Source: Lama glama (taxonomy: Eukaryota). Taken from it: a stretch of 64,000 bases of DNA. Below, piece by piece: positions 14,258 through 26,989 of the stretch (position 1 is the stretch's first letter; the number at the start of each line of letters is the position of its first letter). Under the pieces are notes generated by a model that had not been told where the DNA came from, ran no database searches, and saw only the letters and a program-made list of their open reading frames with translations. The position numbers were made by a program, and so were the translations under genes. Location of the stretch: positions 60,390,001 through 60,454,000 of the forward strand of contig CM052816.1 in the NCBI GenBank assembly GCA_028534125.1, read 5' to 3'.

Positions 14258-15624
14258 AAGGAAAGAGGGTATTTATCCTAAAACAATTCCTCTCCCACCA
14301 CAAGAATCAAGATCCTGAAAAATGCCAAGAAAGGGGAATCCACAATTGATAAAATCAATAGCTTGAGGGGAAAATATAGTTATGGGAACTGAGGTTAAGA
14401 GTGAAATTTTCAGAGCCCTGGTAAATATGTAAAACCCCATAAAAATAAAATAAGGAAAAACATAACATTTTAGACACTTTTAAGGAAATACAAATGGATA
14501 GCATTAATTGCCTTTGAAGTTCCTCAAGTAACACTTTTTAGGATCTCACATCATTGTGCTTTTAAATGAGACACAGAAAATGACTTCCCTTTGTTACAGA
14601 TAAAGAAAGTCCTAAGGAGCCATGTTTCCCTTAAATCTGGACCTACATGAAATCTCCAGGGGCTAGCCAGTGCAGAGAAACAAAAATAATTCAAGATGGA
14701 TAAAGAGAGCTTTGGGATAACTTTCGTTTATCCTGCACAGCTGCATGGAGTGGGTGTCCCGCTCAACACCAAGCACATAACTTCACTCCTGCCACACCAA
14801 TTTTATAAATCTCAGCGTCTCCTACCACGTGCAGTCCTCAAGTCAGCTCACTAACCCTCCTTTCTTCCCAATTCCTTACATTAGAGAATCAGAAGCCAGA
14901 AAGATAGTGAATCCACATATAAAGGCAATTTTCTACTTCCCTGCTCCATACGTTTCTGAAACCATGTTAAAGAGTCAAATACATAATCAGGACATTTTTA
15001 AAATCCAAACTTCTGCATTATTCCTCATACAGTCCTCATTGATCTATTGCAAATCTGTCCCCATTCTCTAATTTTGTTCTTTTCATTCGCAGTCAAATAT
15101 ACACACCACTGGCCTAAGTACAATGACTGTCTGATTGAAACTCAGTAGTCCTTTTCAGAAAGACAAATAATTTCCCTCTGGTCTCAGCTGCATTAAGTTT
15201 ATGAGAGTGACACTTATCACTGACATCAGCATGTTCCTTTCTCTGCTTTCTAGTCAACTTTCTGAAACAATGGTAAAAAGCCATGAAGTACTCAAAACAG
15301 TGTCTAACTACCAAGATGGTGATGCTATTGAAGCTAAATGTTAGCTTGCAGAAAACGGTGACGACTAACACCATCTATGTTATAGGAAAGGGAGTTTTGA
15401 ATAAGTAAGGGAGCAGTTAAAGGGGGCACAGTCTTCTCTTCCACCTCACATAAAAGATGCTTTGGGGAAAAGATGTCACGGGGTCCCGCAGACTAGCTCT
15501 TCTTTAGGTCTTAGGAAGGAATTCTCTTTTCTCCATTCTCCTTAAACCAATCTTTCCTTTCTGATACACTATATACTCTGAAGACCAATAACTTCAGTTC
15601 CTGTGGAGAGGGTCTCGGTGTCAC

Positions 15625-16080
15625 TTAGGGTTACACATAGCTGCAGCTACATTTAATTGGAAACTCAAATATGTGGCTTAAACAAAATAGCTTATTGTTC
15701 TCTCAGGTAAAAAAGGATCAGAAGCAGGAAGTCCAAGTGTGGTGGCTACAAATCATCAGATTAAAACTACTTCTATTTTTCAGTTTTATTATCCTTAATA
15801 GTCTATCCTCATGTTCTACTTCATGGACCAGTGTGGTTGCTGGAGCGCTCATCAACACAAACGCATTCCACACAGGAAGAAGGAAGTAGAAGAAAAGAAA
15901 AAGGAGCCTCACCAGCTGTCTGTCCCCCAAGTAATTTCTGCTTAGATCTCATTGGCCAAGATGTAATGCCATGGCTATATACAGCTATGAGGGAAGGAGG
16001 CACGTAGACACAGTGACAAAAATCAGTTTTATCAGTAGAGCAGAAGGGAATCAATGGATACTAGGCATACAGCTGGGTGG
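15625..16080. mobile_element. Ancient ERVL/MaLR-type LTR fragment
   Basis: ttagggttacacatagctgc...ggcttaaacaaaatag...tctcattggccaag...catggctatatacagctatgagggaagg resembles old MLT1/LTR33-class LTRs. Family is uncertain. Confidence 0.45.
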
Positions 16081-16842
16081 CTCTGCCAGTGCCCCAGCCA
16101 GTGTCAGTTCTGGATAGGAGCCCAGTTCCCAGGGGAATCCTTGAGGCAGCTGAAGGTCCAGCCTTGTTCACCAGAGAGACATCGCTGACAAGTGGGGCGA
16201 CAGCCTTCTGGCAGGGAAGAGCACCCCCACTCAGAGTGCCCCTCTGCATCTTCCCACAAGCAGCCCGACGTGGTGGGGAGAAAGCTGCCGTGACCTCTAG
16301 TCCTGGGCAGCTCCCTCTCCCAGGCTCATCTCAGTGGCACACTAGGCTGTGCTCTGAAGCTGCCTCTGTAAGATTAAGACACCAGACTGCATTTTCAGAG
16401 AAACAACATTATAAACAGAGGGGGAGATTTCCAGGCTTATCCACAAAGGCCTATTTCACAGGTAATGTAGTGGAAACAGTATTTATTGGCCATCATCTAA
16501 AGTGGAATTGATGGGATTTCGATAGATTAGTCTTTGCTCTAATGAAGTATGCAAAAGAAGCCGGATGGAAGGAAAAAGAAAGCAGTGGCAAGGAGCAGCT
16601 CATGTTTCTTCCTGGCTTTGTTCTCTGGCAAATGCACCTCTCAACTGCTCTCTCCCCAACCAGGCACTTGTCTTATTCCTGTGCTTCTCCACAGTCCCTT
16701 CCCTGTGTGTCAGCAGGACCATGGAACCCATTCAGAGGAATTCAGTGATAAAAGGAGGGAACATTCCATGGACCACAACAAGCTCAGGATGACAGGTGGA
16801 ATCTACCTTCCAGATGTGAGCAGTGGGGATGGGGGCAGAGGG

Positions 16843-17268
16843 GTATTATGGATGACACTGTGTCCCCTCAAGGATGGTGAAGTCCTGACCCCCAGGCCCT
16901 GCAAATATGACCTTATTTGGAAAGAGAATTTTGCTTATGACCAAGTTAAGATGAGGTCAGTAGGGAGGGTCCTAATCCAATGTGACTATGTCCTTATAAA
17001 AGGGGGAATTTTGACACAGGGGAAATGCCACGTGAAGATGGAAGCAGACATGGAAGTGATGCATGTACAAGCCAAGGAACACCAAAGAGTGCCAGCAAAC
17101 TGCTGGAAGCTGGGAGAAAGGCCCGGGACAGACTCTCCCTCACTGCCTTCATGACAAGCCAGCTGTGCCAACACTGAGCTTGGACTCCTGCTTCTGGAAC
17201 GAGAAGTTTCTGTGGTGGAAGCCACCCAGCTTGCAGCACTTTGTTCAGCAGCCTTAGCAGACTAACAG
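16843..17268 (+). mobile_element. ERVL-MaLR solo LTR (MLT1A-C-like)
   Basis: tgtgtcccc...tgaccttatttggaaa...gttaagatgaggtca...caagccaaggaacaccaa...aagccacccag...ctttgttcagcagccttagcagactaaca. Confidence 0.88.
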
Positions 17269-17549
17269 CCTGAGGCGGCTGGAGCATCGTCTCCCACCTT
17301 GGGCTCCGGCCGCACAGGTCCCAGGGGTGGTTCCAGGAAAACTCCCTGATGGCTGGGGTGAGAGTGAGGGAAGCCGCAGGGCCTTCCCCTCAACTAGGAT
17401 CATCCAACACTACAGTCAAGGTAAGGAGAAGTCAGGTGCTGCTGTCTCGGGTACGACGTTTCTAAGTCTGTGAACACGGCAGGACTGCATGGACAGGCAG
17501 CTGCCTTGGGCTTCAGGAGGGGCAACTATGTGAGTGGGAGAAAAGGAGA

Positions 17550-17945
17550 CGGAAATGTCATTCTAGTGAAGGCAGCCAGAAAGAAAGGAAAATACCATAT
17601 GACATCCCTTATATGTGGAATCTAAAAAAAAAAGAAAAACAAATGAACTTATTTACAAAACAGAAACAGACACACAGACATGGAAAACAAACTTATGGTT
17701 ACTGGGGGGAAGCAGGTGGGAAGGGATAAATTGGGGGTTGGGGATTTGCAGATACTACTTTATGTAAAATAGATAAAGAACAAGTTTAAACCATATAGCA
17801 CAGGGAATTATATTCATTATCTTGTAGTAGCCTATAATGAAAAAGAATATATGTATGTATGTTATGACTGAAATGTTATGCTATACACCAGAAATTGATG
17901 CAACATTGTAAAGTGACTATACTTCAATAAAAAAAGGACCAAAAA
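17550..17945 (+). mobile_element. L1 3' UTR fragment (camelid/artiodactyl type)
   Basis: aaataccatatgacatcccttatatgtggaatct...acaaaacagaaacagac...gactatacttcaataaaaaaa. Confidence 0.9.
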
Positions 17946-20900
17946 AAGGATGCACTGTAATCACTCACTTCCGAGGACTCGGCAAGTTCAAATACCTAAG
18001 AGGGCTCTACTGGTCAGCATCTCTCACACACACTGCCCTCCTTCTGTAACGCCTCCCCCTTTTTTTCCCTCTCCTGGCCTTTCTGCACAGGATCTGTCTG
18101 GAAGACACTAGAAATGGCAGAGGCTGAAAAAGCTGGTAAGAAAGCTAATCCTTTTAATGATCAAAGTGGACTCCCCTCACTTCCATGCATATCCACACTC
18201 CATCTTTTATTGCTTTTAATAAAACATCTAGGAAGGGAGTAACAGAACAAAGCCCTCCATCTGTACATCAACTACCCAACTTGGGGAATCTCACACGCTG
18301 AAACGCCAGCCCCTCCCTGATCTCAGCTCCCCTCACTCTTCCCAGAGGGACGGCCAACATGATTTCTGGAGTTTCTTGCTCTCATGCAAGTAAGAAAGCC
18401 CTTACCCGTTACTACCAAAACATTCCCCCCACCCCCCGAATGATGGTGCTCCCTGTGGCAGTCCCACTGGTTACTTTTTTTCTTAAACTCTGTCTCTTTC
18501 CTTTCTTCCCCTCATCCAGCAAAAGAATGATTAACAGAGATATGCAAACCATGAGAATCATAACTGCAAATAGCTTAATTTATCCCTATCAACGAATATC
18601 TATTTCATTTACTGTGTTACCTGTTCCCTCCCCTCAATAAAGCTGTGATGCAGGGAATTCAAGCCAGACCAAGAGGAAATCCAGTTTGCATATTTCTCTA
18701 TTTCTGGCACTTCTTAACTCTGATTGGCAAATGGAAGCCTCTTTCACCTAGATGTACAATTCTCTGACAAAAACCCACAATCAATGAATTAGAATTTAGG
18801 ACAAGATTAAATTTAAATTACACTCCTTTACATAGAGGACTGGAAGAACATGAAAGCACTGATCAGTAATAAATCCATCACTTTTATCTGTTTTCATATT
18901 TCAAAAATTGCACTAGACTCAAATATATTAAGTGGATGATCCAACATCTATCATCAAATTTGGAGCATGGCATATTCTTATTGAAAGCTGGAATAATTTA
19001 GTGTATGAATACAGTAATTACTCAGCCAATTAATTAATGGTTTAGCCCATGAGAGTGTTAAATAGTAAGAGAGATACATGATTTTAAAACACCCGTAAAA
19101 ATATTTACGGAACAACTGTTGCACTCCAGGCATGGTTCTAGGCACGGAGGACACAGCAGGGAATGAAACCCCCTGGCCGTAGGGAACCTCCAACCAGGAG
19201 GACAGCAGGTGCAAGGAACTCCGGGAAGCCCTCCCTGATCACTAAATCACTCTACAACTCACAACTTGGCTAAGAATGGCTGCAGTGCGGCTTTCTGGGG
19301 GAAATCTTATAAAGTCCCAAGTGTTAAAAGCCAAACAAAGAAAATCTGTTCTATTCCCTAAATGAATATAGCATCTCTTTGTTGACTCCTGGAACCTATT
19401 AAAATGTGTTGTTTGGAGTGATTTCCTGCACACAAAAACTAAAAGCTTTTCTGAACCTAAACAAATATTGCCAACAGCTGTAGAAAAAATGTTAGTATTT
19501 GGAATTATATAAAACAAATCACTGAAAGTAAAGAAATGCCTCAGCAGCCCACACAACTACACACGACCATTAGGAACAACCCAGTGCTCGGCTCTCCTGG
19601 CTGTTTCTGTCGGAAGACACAGCAAATTCTGTGGGCAAGCTGGACACTCAGCTCAAATACGACTGGTCAGCTCCAGCAAGCAGTCCCCAGCTGGCAAGAT
19701 AAAGCACACCAAGAACCAACAATCAACAGGGAACAAGGACTTAGAAGAAACCCTGACAAGAAACACACTAACATGCTGCTGGGAGCTACCTCTGCACAGT
19801 GAGACTAAGGATGGAAACTCTTCTTCTCTACAGTTCTCTTTTTCTATGATGGAAATAACCAGGAAAACTGATTAATGCTTTCTGCTCTAAGAATGCTCAC
19901 AGTAACATAAAACACTACCCCATTTCTTAAATGCTACCAGAGTATGACACTGAAAATACCCAAAGGAAAAATTACTCATCAAAAGACATATGTGAAAGCT
20001 AAACTCTCTGCTTTCTAAACTATCCTTTAAGTGATGAGATGTGGGGTACTTTTGAATGCATTTTTTTTCCTGTTGACTAGTTCTTCTACAATGATCCCCT
20101 GTGTGGACTGTTAGAAGTATTATTTAAATTATTATTTTCTACAAAGACCAATTAGCTTTAACTAAGATACTATAAATTCTACATTATTACTTTAAAAATA
20201 GACCACAGTAATAGGGATATACATGTCAGTATATTCTCTAAAAACAAGTGTTGGAAATGCCTTCAGGATTGAATTATTTCCCTCTTTGAAAGGATCCTTG
20301 TAAGTTCAGAGAGGTCAAAACATACAAACTCTTCTGAAATTAGCTCTTTCCACAGAACACACGTCCCCGGTTCTCCATCTCTGCTACTCTGAGCAAATCA
20401 GCACCAAGTCTGACGAGCCAAGGAGACCACAACAGGGAGAAAATGAAGGGCGAGGTTTTTAAACCTCTGTCTTACGAGTTACACTGCAGGATTAAAGTAT
20501 TTCCTGATGACAGAAACACAGCTGATACCAGGGCCAGCTACCTTCTTTATGACGGGCTATTAAAGTGACTCTTAAAATGAGCTTTTCCTTCCTTCTGCTC
20601 CAAACCCCGTTTCTCCATAATCGAATGGTAGGTTATGAAGGCAGAGAGCAATTTGTTACGTCTATGATTCCCTCTGCCTGCAAGGTCAAGTTTCATCAGC
20701 CCTCCTTGCTTGCTCCAAACAACTTGAAATATATGACTGAGTCCTTAGGTTAAGGTCAGTGCTCCAGGTTACAAACGGGCAGAGTGGCTTCTCTATGAGC
20801 AACACAAACAGCAAGAGCTCGCTGGGCATCCTCAGTACAGTCATTTACTCTGCAGAGAAGAGGGATGGGTAAGAGTCGCCCCCAGGTATGAAGCAATGAA

Positions 20901-22282
20901 GCTTGGAGGGTTTCCGGAGGATGCAGATCTAGGACCACAAAAGGAAGCCAGAAAGAGACAGTAACTTGAAACATGTGAGCCACAACCACAAAGCACCTAC
21001 AACCCTCAAAGCACTTACTTCCCTCAGTGACCAGCTTCATTTCTTTTCAAGGCAGTTCTCCCAATGGCTGGCTAGAGAGGTTTTTGGGGTTTTTTTTCAG
21101 CCTTCATTTTGAAAGCTCCTGCTGCCAACACCTGTCTCCACTGTCACTGGCTGACCCCTAAATATGGGAGAGTGAGATTCCCCAATATTAACGGACCCCA
21201 AGAGAACAATTCTTTCTGCCAGGCTCACACCGTGGGTAGGAAAGCCTTCAACTACCTGGCATTTCTTTTAATCAGTCACATTGCTTTGGGGCTCATTTTA
21301 CAAAGCCATCTGGCTTTCCAGACATCAATGCAGGGACTATGAAAAACCCACTTTTTACTGTGGCCCCACAAAAGGGAGAAATCCACTTCAAAGAGTGTTA
21401 AGCTCCCAGGGTCCTGGTGTAGATAGAGCTCGCTCCAATTCTTCATTGTTCAGACATCCAAGGAGCCGAGCCATCTACGAGATAAAAGGACTCTTCTGAA
21501 AGCACCATGTAAAGGAAAACGTCTGTTCAGTCACAGGGTCCCTACAAACGTTATCTTACGTCCCATGGCAGGGTGTCTAAGAAGATGAAAATGAAGGGGC
21601 TTTAGCAGATCTGGTGGAGACCTGGCCAGATAAATGGGGAGTTGAGGGACAGGTGCCGTCCTAAATTGGAGACTGCTGAGGTGCCCTCCCTCCTATGAAT
21701 ATTCTCATTCTGACAAAATGTTCCCCACCTCAGGATGGCATTAAGCAGAAATGCTTTGACTTTTTTTCTCACTACTGAATACAACTGCAATTATATTTAA
21801 AATATCTCTACTTTCTGTTGCTTTGACAGGTTCGTTTTTGAAGTGTTCTATTCATACATTTCAATAGTCCTTTCTCTGTCTAAGAAAGAGTAAGCTGGCT
21901 TTTAACAAATCTAATACTAGGAGAAGGGGCCAATGGTATTTTTTCCTTTCCTTTTCCTTTTTTTTGCAAGTAGTGTTTTCATTCATTAGAATTTGCATGT
22001 TGGTAGAACTTACAAAACTCAAGGAGACTGACACATGTAAATGTTTAGATGTATACAAATATTAAGGGGATTCATAACTAGAGGTCAAATTTAATGTCAT
22101 TTTAAAAAGTCGCCCTTTGACATAACTTAACCTGGAAGTTAAATGCAGCTGGAGGTTTCATATCATCAGCACTTACAGGTTTCTCAAGAGACAGCTACTC
22201 CTCGTCAAGGCACAATGAGGGTTACTGACTACTGACCCAGGGGCTTCATGAAAATAAATGGAGCAGGCTCCATGCAGTTTTT

Positions 22283-23522
22283 CCACATTTCTTGTATTGT
22301 TTTTACTTCTTTTTATTATTAAATCTTGATGAGTTGAGTTAGAGAAAAAGCTGCCAGGAGATTTCTAAGCCAGATGCCTGTTTAACTTCTGAGGACAAAG
22401 AGGGATTTCCTCCCTCCACTTTTTATTGCTTTTTTTTTTTAAATGAAGTGTAGTGGCTGTGCAATATTATATAAGGTACAGGTGTACAATATAGTGATTC
22501 ACAGCTTTTAAAGGTTATACTCCATTTATAGTTATTATAAAATATTGGTTCTGTTCCCCGTGTTGTACAATATATCCTTGTAGCTTATTTTATACCTGAG
22601 TTCATACCTCTTACTTCCTATCCCTTATTGCCCTTCCTGCTTCCCTCTCCCCACTGATAATCACTAATTTGTCCTCTACATCTGTGAGTTTGCTTCTTTT
22701 TTTTTGTTATATTCACTAGTTTGTTGTATTTTTTTAGATTCCAAATGTAAGTGGTATCATACAGTATTTGTCTTTCTCTGCTTGACTTGTTTTACTTAGC
22801 TTATTAACCTCCAAGTCCATCCATGTTGCTGAAAATAGGACATAATTAAACTTCAAAGCTTTTGCACAGTAAAGAAAACCATCAACAAAACAAAAAGACA
22901 ACCTACTGAATGGGAGAAAATATTTGCAAATGAGATGACTGATAAGGGATTAATATCCAACATATGTAAACAGCTCATACAACTCAACATCAAAAATACA
23001 AACAACCCAATTAAAAAATGAACATAAGAACTGAACAGGCATTTTTCCAAAGAGGAAATGCAGGTGGCTAACAAGCACATGAAAAGATGCTTCACATCGC
23101 TAATCATCAAGGAAATGCAAATTAAAGCCATAAAGAGATATCACTTCACACCTGTCAGGAAGAATACAAATCACAAATGTTGGCAAGGATGTGGAGAAAG
23201 GGAACCCTCATACACTGCTGGCGGGAGTGTAAATTGGTGCAGCCACTATGGAAAACAGCATGGAGGCTCTTCAAAAACTAAAAACAGAGCTACCGTATGA
23301 TCCAGCAATTCCACTCTTGGGTATAAATTAAAAAAAAAAAAACACTAATTGGAAAAGATACATGCACCCCAGTGTTAACAGCAGCACTGTTTACAATTGC
23401 CAAGATACAGAAGCAACCCAAGTATCCATCAACAGGTGAACAGATAAAGAAGATGTGATATATATATATATATGCAATGGAATACTACTCAGCCATTAAA
23501 AACAAAACAAACCACATTTCTT
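22283..23522 (-). mobile_element. 5'-inverted L1 insertion with 11-bp TSD and probable 3' transduction
   Basis: Minus-strand 3' UTR with poly(T) at ~22430-22836 abuts a plus-strand ORF2 end at ~22837-23500. Direct repeat ccacatttctt at 22283-22293 and 23512-23522. Confidence 0.85.
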
Positions 23523-24888
23523 AATAGCCAGAAGACCTGGCAGCAGGGAAAAAAAAATGAAAAAGCACTTAGGTCACAATTATGACTGATTTATAATTTC
23601 TGCAACAAGCCCAGGGACAGGGTGGGCCCTCACTCCAAAAGAACCACATCTTCTCTGGTAATACTGCACATTACCACCCACAGACCTTTAAAAGTAAAGC
23701 AACAGGGAAGTCTCATCCTCGCACTGGATCTGTCGCATCAGTGTTTTGTTCTAACTCCTACATGTAGGAGGCTTAGCATACTCTAGCGGTGGATTAAGAC
23801 AAAAGAAAGATGGGATACTGGTGATATTCACTTTGAGACAATTTAAGATAGCATCAAACACATGAAGGCAGTATTTAATGAGGACAACATTTTAACAAGA
23901 ACAAGAGAATAGTGTTACATTAGAACACTGTTAAGTGAAGTTACATATTACTAGTAGTGACCATTTGTAGGCAACCTTTATGAGTCTTAAATTGGTAATT
24001 AATATGTACAAAATATTTACTGTGATTCAGTTTTAATTTTTAGTTGTAAGACTTCTTTCATCTTTTCAAAGTACAACGTCACGTAAGGTTGTTTTACTTC
24101 AGTTTGTTCTAGATTAAGAACACCTATGTATGAATTAAGGTGGGTTCCAGCTTCCCTTATCACATGAGGTCCAGAAATGATAACCTTGGCTTGAAGGAAC
24201 ATTGCTTTGAACATAATACCTGAAATATTTTTGTAGACACATTATTGTTTTTTGGTCAGCACAGTAATATTATCACTTGCTTAGTATCTTCATGTAAGTA
24301 GTGGGGGCTCAACATAACCTTCAGTTGATTCATTAAAATTAACACATATGGTTATTTTTACCCAAGGTTGCAGCACTGGGGCACTTCCTTCCTCATTTAA
24401 GACCCATGAGCATTATTTTAATTATTCTAGTGCTTCTATCTTCCTAGTTTATCACTTCAAGTCCTCTAATCACAGTGGCTTTTTGAATATGTTGACACAC
24501 TTGCAGCAACTAGACTGTCTCTGGCTTCAAGAACAAAAACTCTGTTTATTGCCCATGGACTCTAATAAAGCCACCCCAACCCCTGGTCACAAATGGTTGT
24601 TTGTGTTTATTTATTTTACAAAAACAGAGAGGTTCTCTGTCCTAATTTGAACAATTCTATCTTCCAGAGTCTAGGATTGGGCAGCCTTGAGCAAGTTAAA
24701 GGCTTAAATATTTGGCAAATTATAAGAGAAACTTTTCTTTATTATTAATCTTATGATACTCTTATTTGTTCTTTTTTTACTGTGGCTTTAAGTTCTGATG
24801 ATAGCCTACAAATATTTAAAAACTTTAAAAGTAACACTATAGAATTTACACACATGCAAAATTACATTTAAATATATTCTAATTATAC

Positions 24889-25245
24889 CTTTTTTATTGA
24901 AGTATAACTGATTTATAATATTGTGTTAATTTCAGGTGTAAAGTGATTCAGATTACATATACATATTCTTTTTCATATTTATTTCCATTATAAGTTATTT
25001 CAAGATATTGAATACAGTTCCTTGTGCTATATATACAGTAGGTTCTTGTTGTTTATCTGTTTTCTATATAGTATATATAGTAGTGTGTATCTGTTAATCC
25101 CAAACTCCTGCTTTATCCCTCCCCTCCCTTTCCCTTTGATAACCGTAAGTTTGTTTTCTACATCTGTGAGTCTGTTTCTGTTTCACAAATACATTCATTT
25201 GTATTATTTTTTAGATTCCACATATAAGTGATATCATGTAATATT
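24889..25245 (-). mobile_element. L1 3' UTR fragment
   Basis: ttttttattgaagtataactgattt...ttagattccacatataagtgatatcatg. Confidence 0.88.
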
Positions 25246-26989
25246 TCATAACAAATATCTTTTTATATTTATGTTCATCAACTTTGTCTATTTTGATGAT
25301 GACTAAAACTTAACTGCAGGGAACACAATTTGAGTTGGTCAAAATACAGCTCATTTGGAAACATGGGAAATGTGATGTTTCCTTTTATTTGGTATAGTTC
25401 ATATGATTTGTCATACTTAATATAATATGATTGATTCTTGGCTTTTGGCAGGCTCAGTTTATTCAACAGCTTGTAAGTACCATTTCCTCTGTCACTTAAA
25501 CTTCCATACTGGCCAGCAGGAGCTCCTTCAGTTTGGTTCATCTGTCCTTCATAGTTCCAAACACTATCAAAAGCATCCCTGCTCATCAGGGGAAAAAAAA
25601 TCCCCCCCAAAAGTCAAACAAAACAAAACAAAACAAAAAACTGTTCTGAAACCAACAAAATGTTCCCTATCCCAACCATGACATCTGGTTATGTCCCAGA
25701 AAGAATCCTGGTGTAGTGGAAAAGGTGGAAGCTAGGAAGCAGCTGTTCATCGTCTTATTTAGAACAAGGCAGAAAAATTACACTTGGTTTTGATTTAATA
25801 AAGATTGCAAGTTCATACAGAAGATTCAAAGTGAACTCTAACTTTGCTAAGTCCTTTTTTAGTCTTGATGTGAATAATTTAGTTTCTCCCTCTTTTTAAA
25901 ATTACCATCTTTAATATTTATACATATGCAAAAAATTCCCATACCAATCCATTTATTTGAATTATAATATCATTGAAAGTACTAAGAATCTCATTTTTAA
26001 AAACATAATTATATTTTTTCAAATATATCATTCAATAATGATCACAATATATAATTTCATCATTTCCTTTTTGGCTATAGAACAACCTAATGGCTTTTTC
26101 CCCCCCCTCTAATTAACCAAGTAAACATGTGTAGAACCTACATGGGAATGTTCCTTTACTCTCATAAGCAAAATACAGACCTCATGAGTATCTGCAGATG
26201 TATTCATTTTTAAGATAACACTATTATTTTTAACCACAGGCAGTTTTAGTGTTTAGCTCCAATATTCTAAAAGTCTGTAGAAAATGCAAAGGTATTTATC
26301 ACCTTAATATTAACAATTAAAGTTTTCAAAAAAAGCAATTAAGAATGTTAGTGAACACAATTAAGTTATATCACATTAATACATATTTAACGTTAAGAAT
26401 GGTCAAAAACACACAATATTAGACAACTTTACTCCAAATTTTCAGTGTGAAAATTTCTTAAGTCAACATTGTTTAAGTTTCAGGAAAATGAAATCATAAG
26501 AGACTGATTGAAATCATAAAACACACAGTTTTTATGCACTCCAGTAACAGTTCTTTGTTCCCATTGTCTACACACCCCTCAACCAATCCAGTTTATGGTT
26601 TGTTATATAAACAGAATTACAAATTATGTATAAGGTTACAGCCACTAAAAGCTTTAATCACTTTAGCTTTATTAAAATCTAATTTTTAGACAGATTAAAA
26701 TATGCCATTCCTGTATTCCCATTTTTGCATCTTGGGGTAATTATCACAGGAACAAAGTAAAATCACATTTAAAGAATTAAAATTCACAGAAGAAATAACC
26801 TCAAGGTTATCAGTAAATATTTTCCAAAGAGATCCTCAAACTGAGAAATAAAATTTTTTGGTTCTATTTATATTACTATATTATATATTACATTCAAAAC
26901 ATTTAAGATAAAAATCCTCAACTTTAAGTTTTAAAATTTAAGTTAACCAGATCAGTATGAAACAAAAAATAAATGTCTAAAAACAATCA

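Noticed and set aside
16549..17154. 201-aa plus-strand ORF
   Set aside because: About half of it is an MLT1 LTR, it has no recognisable domain, and it is antisense to the host gene. A chance ORF.
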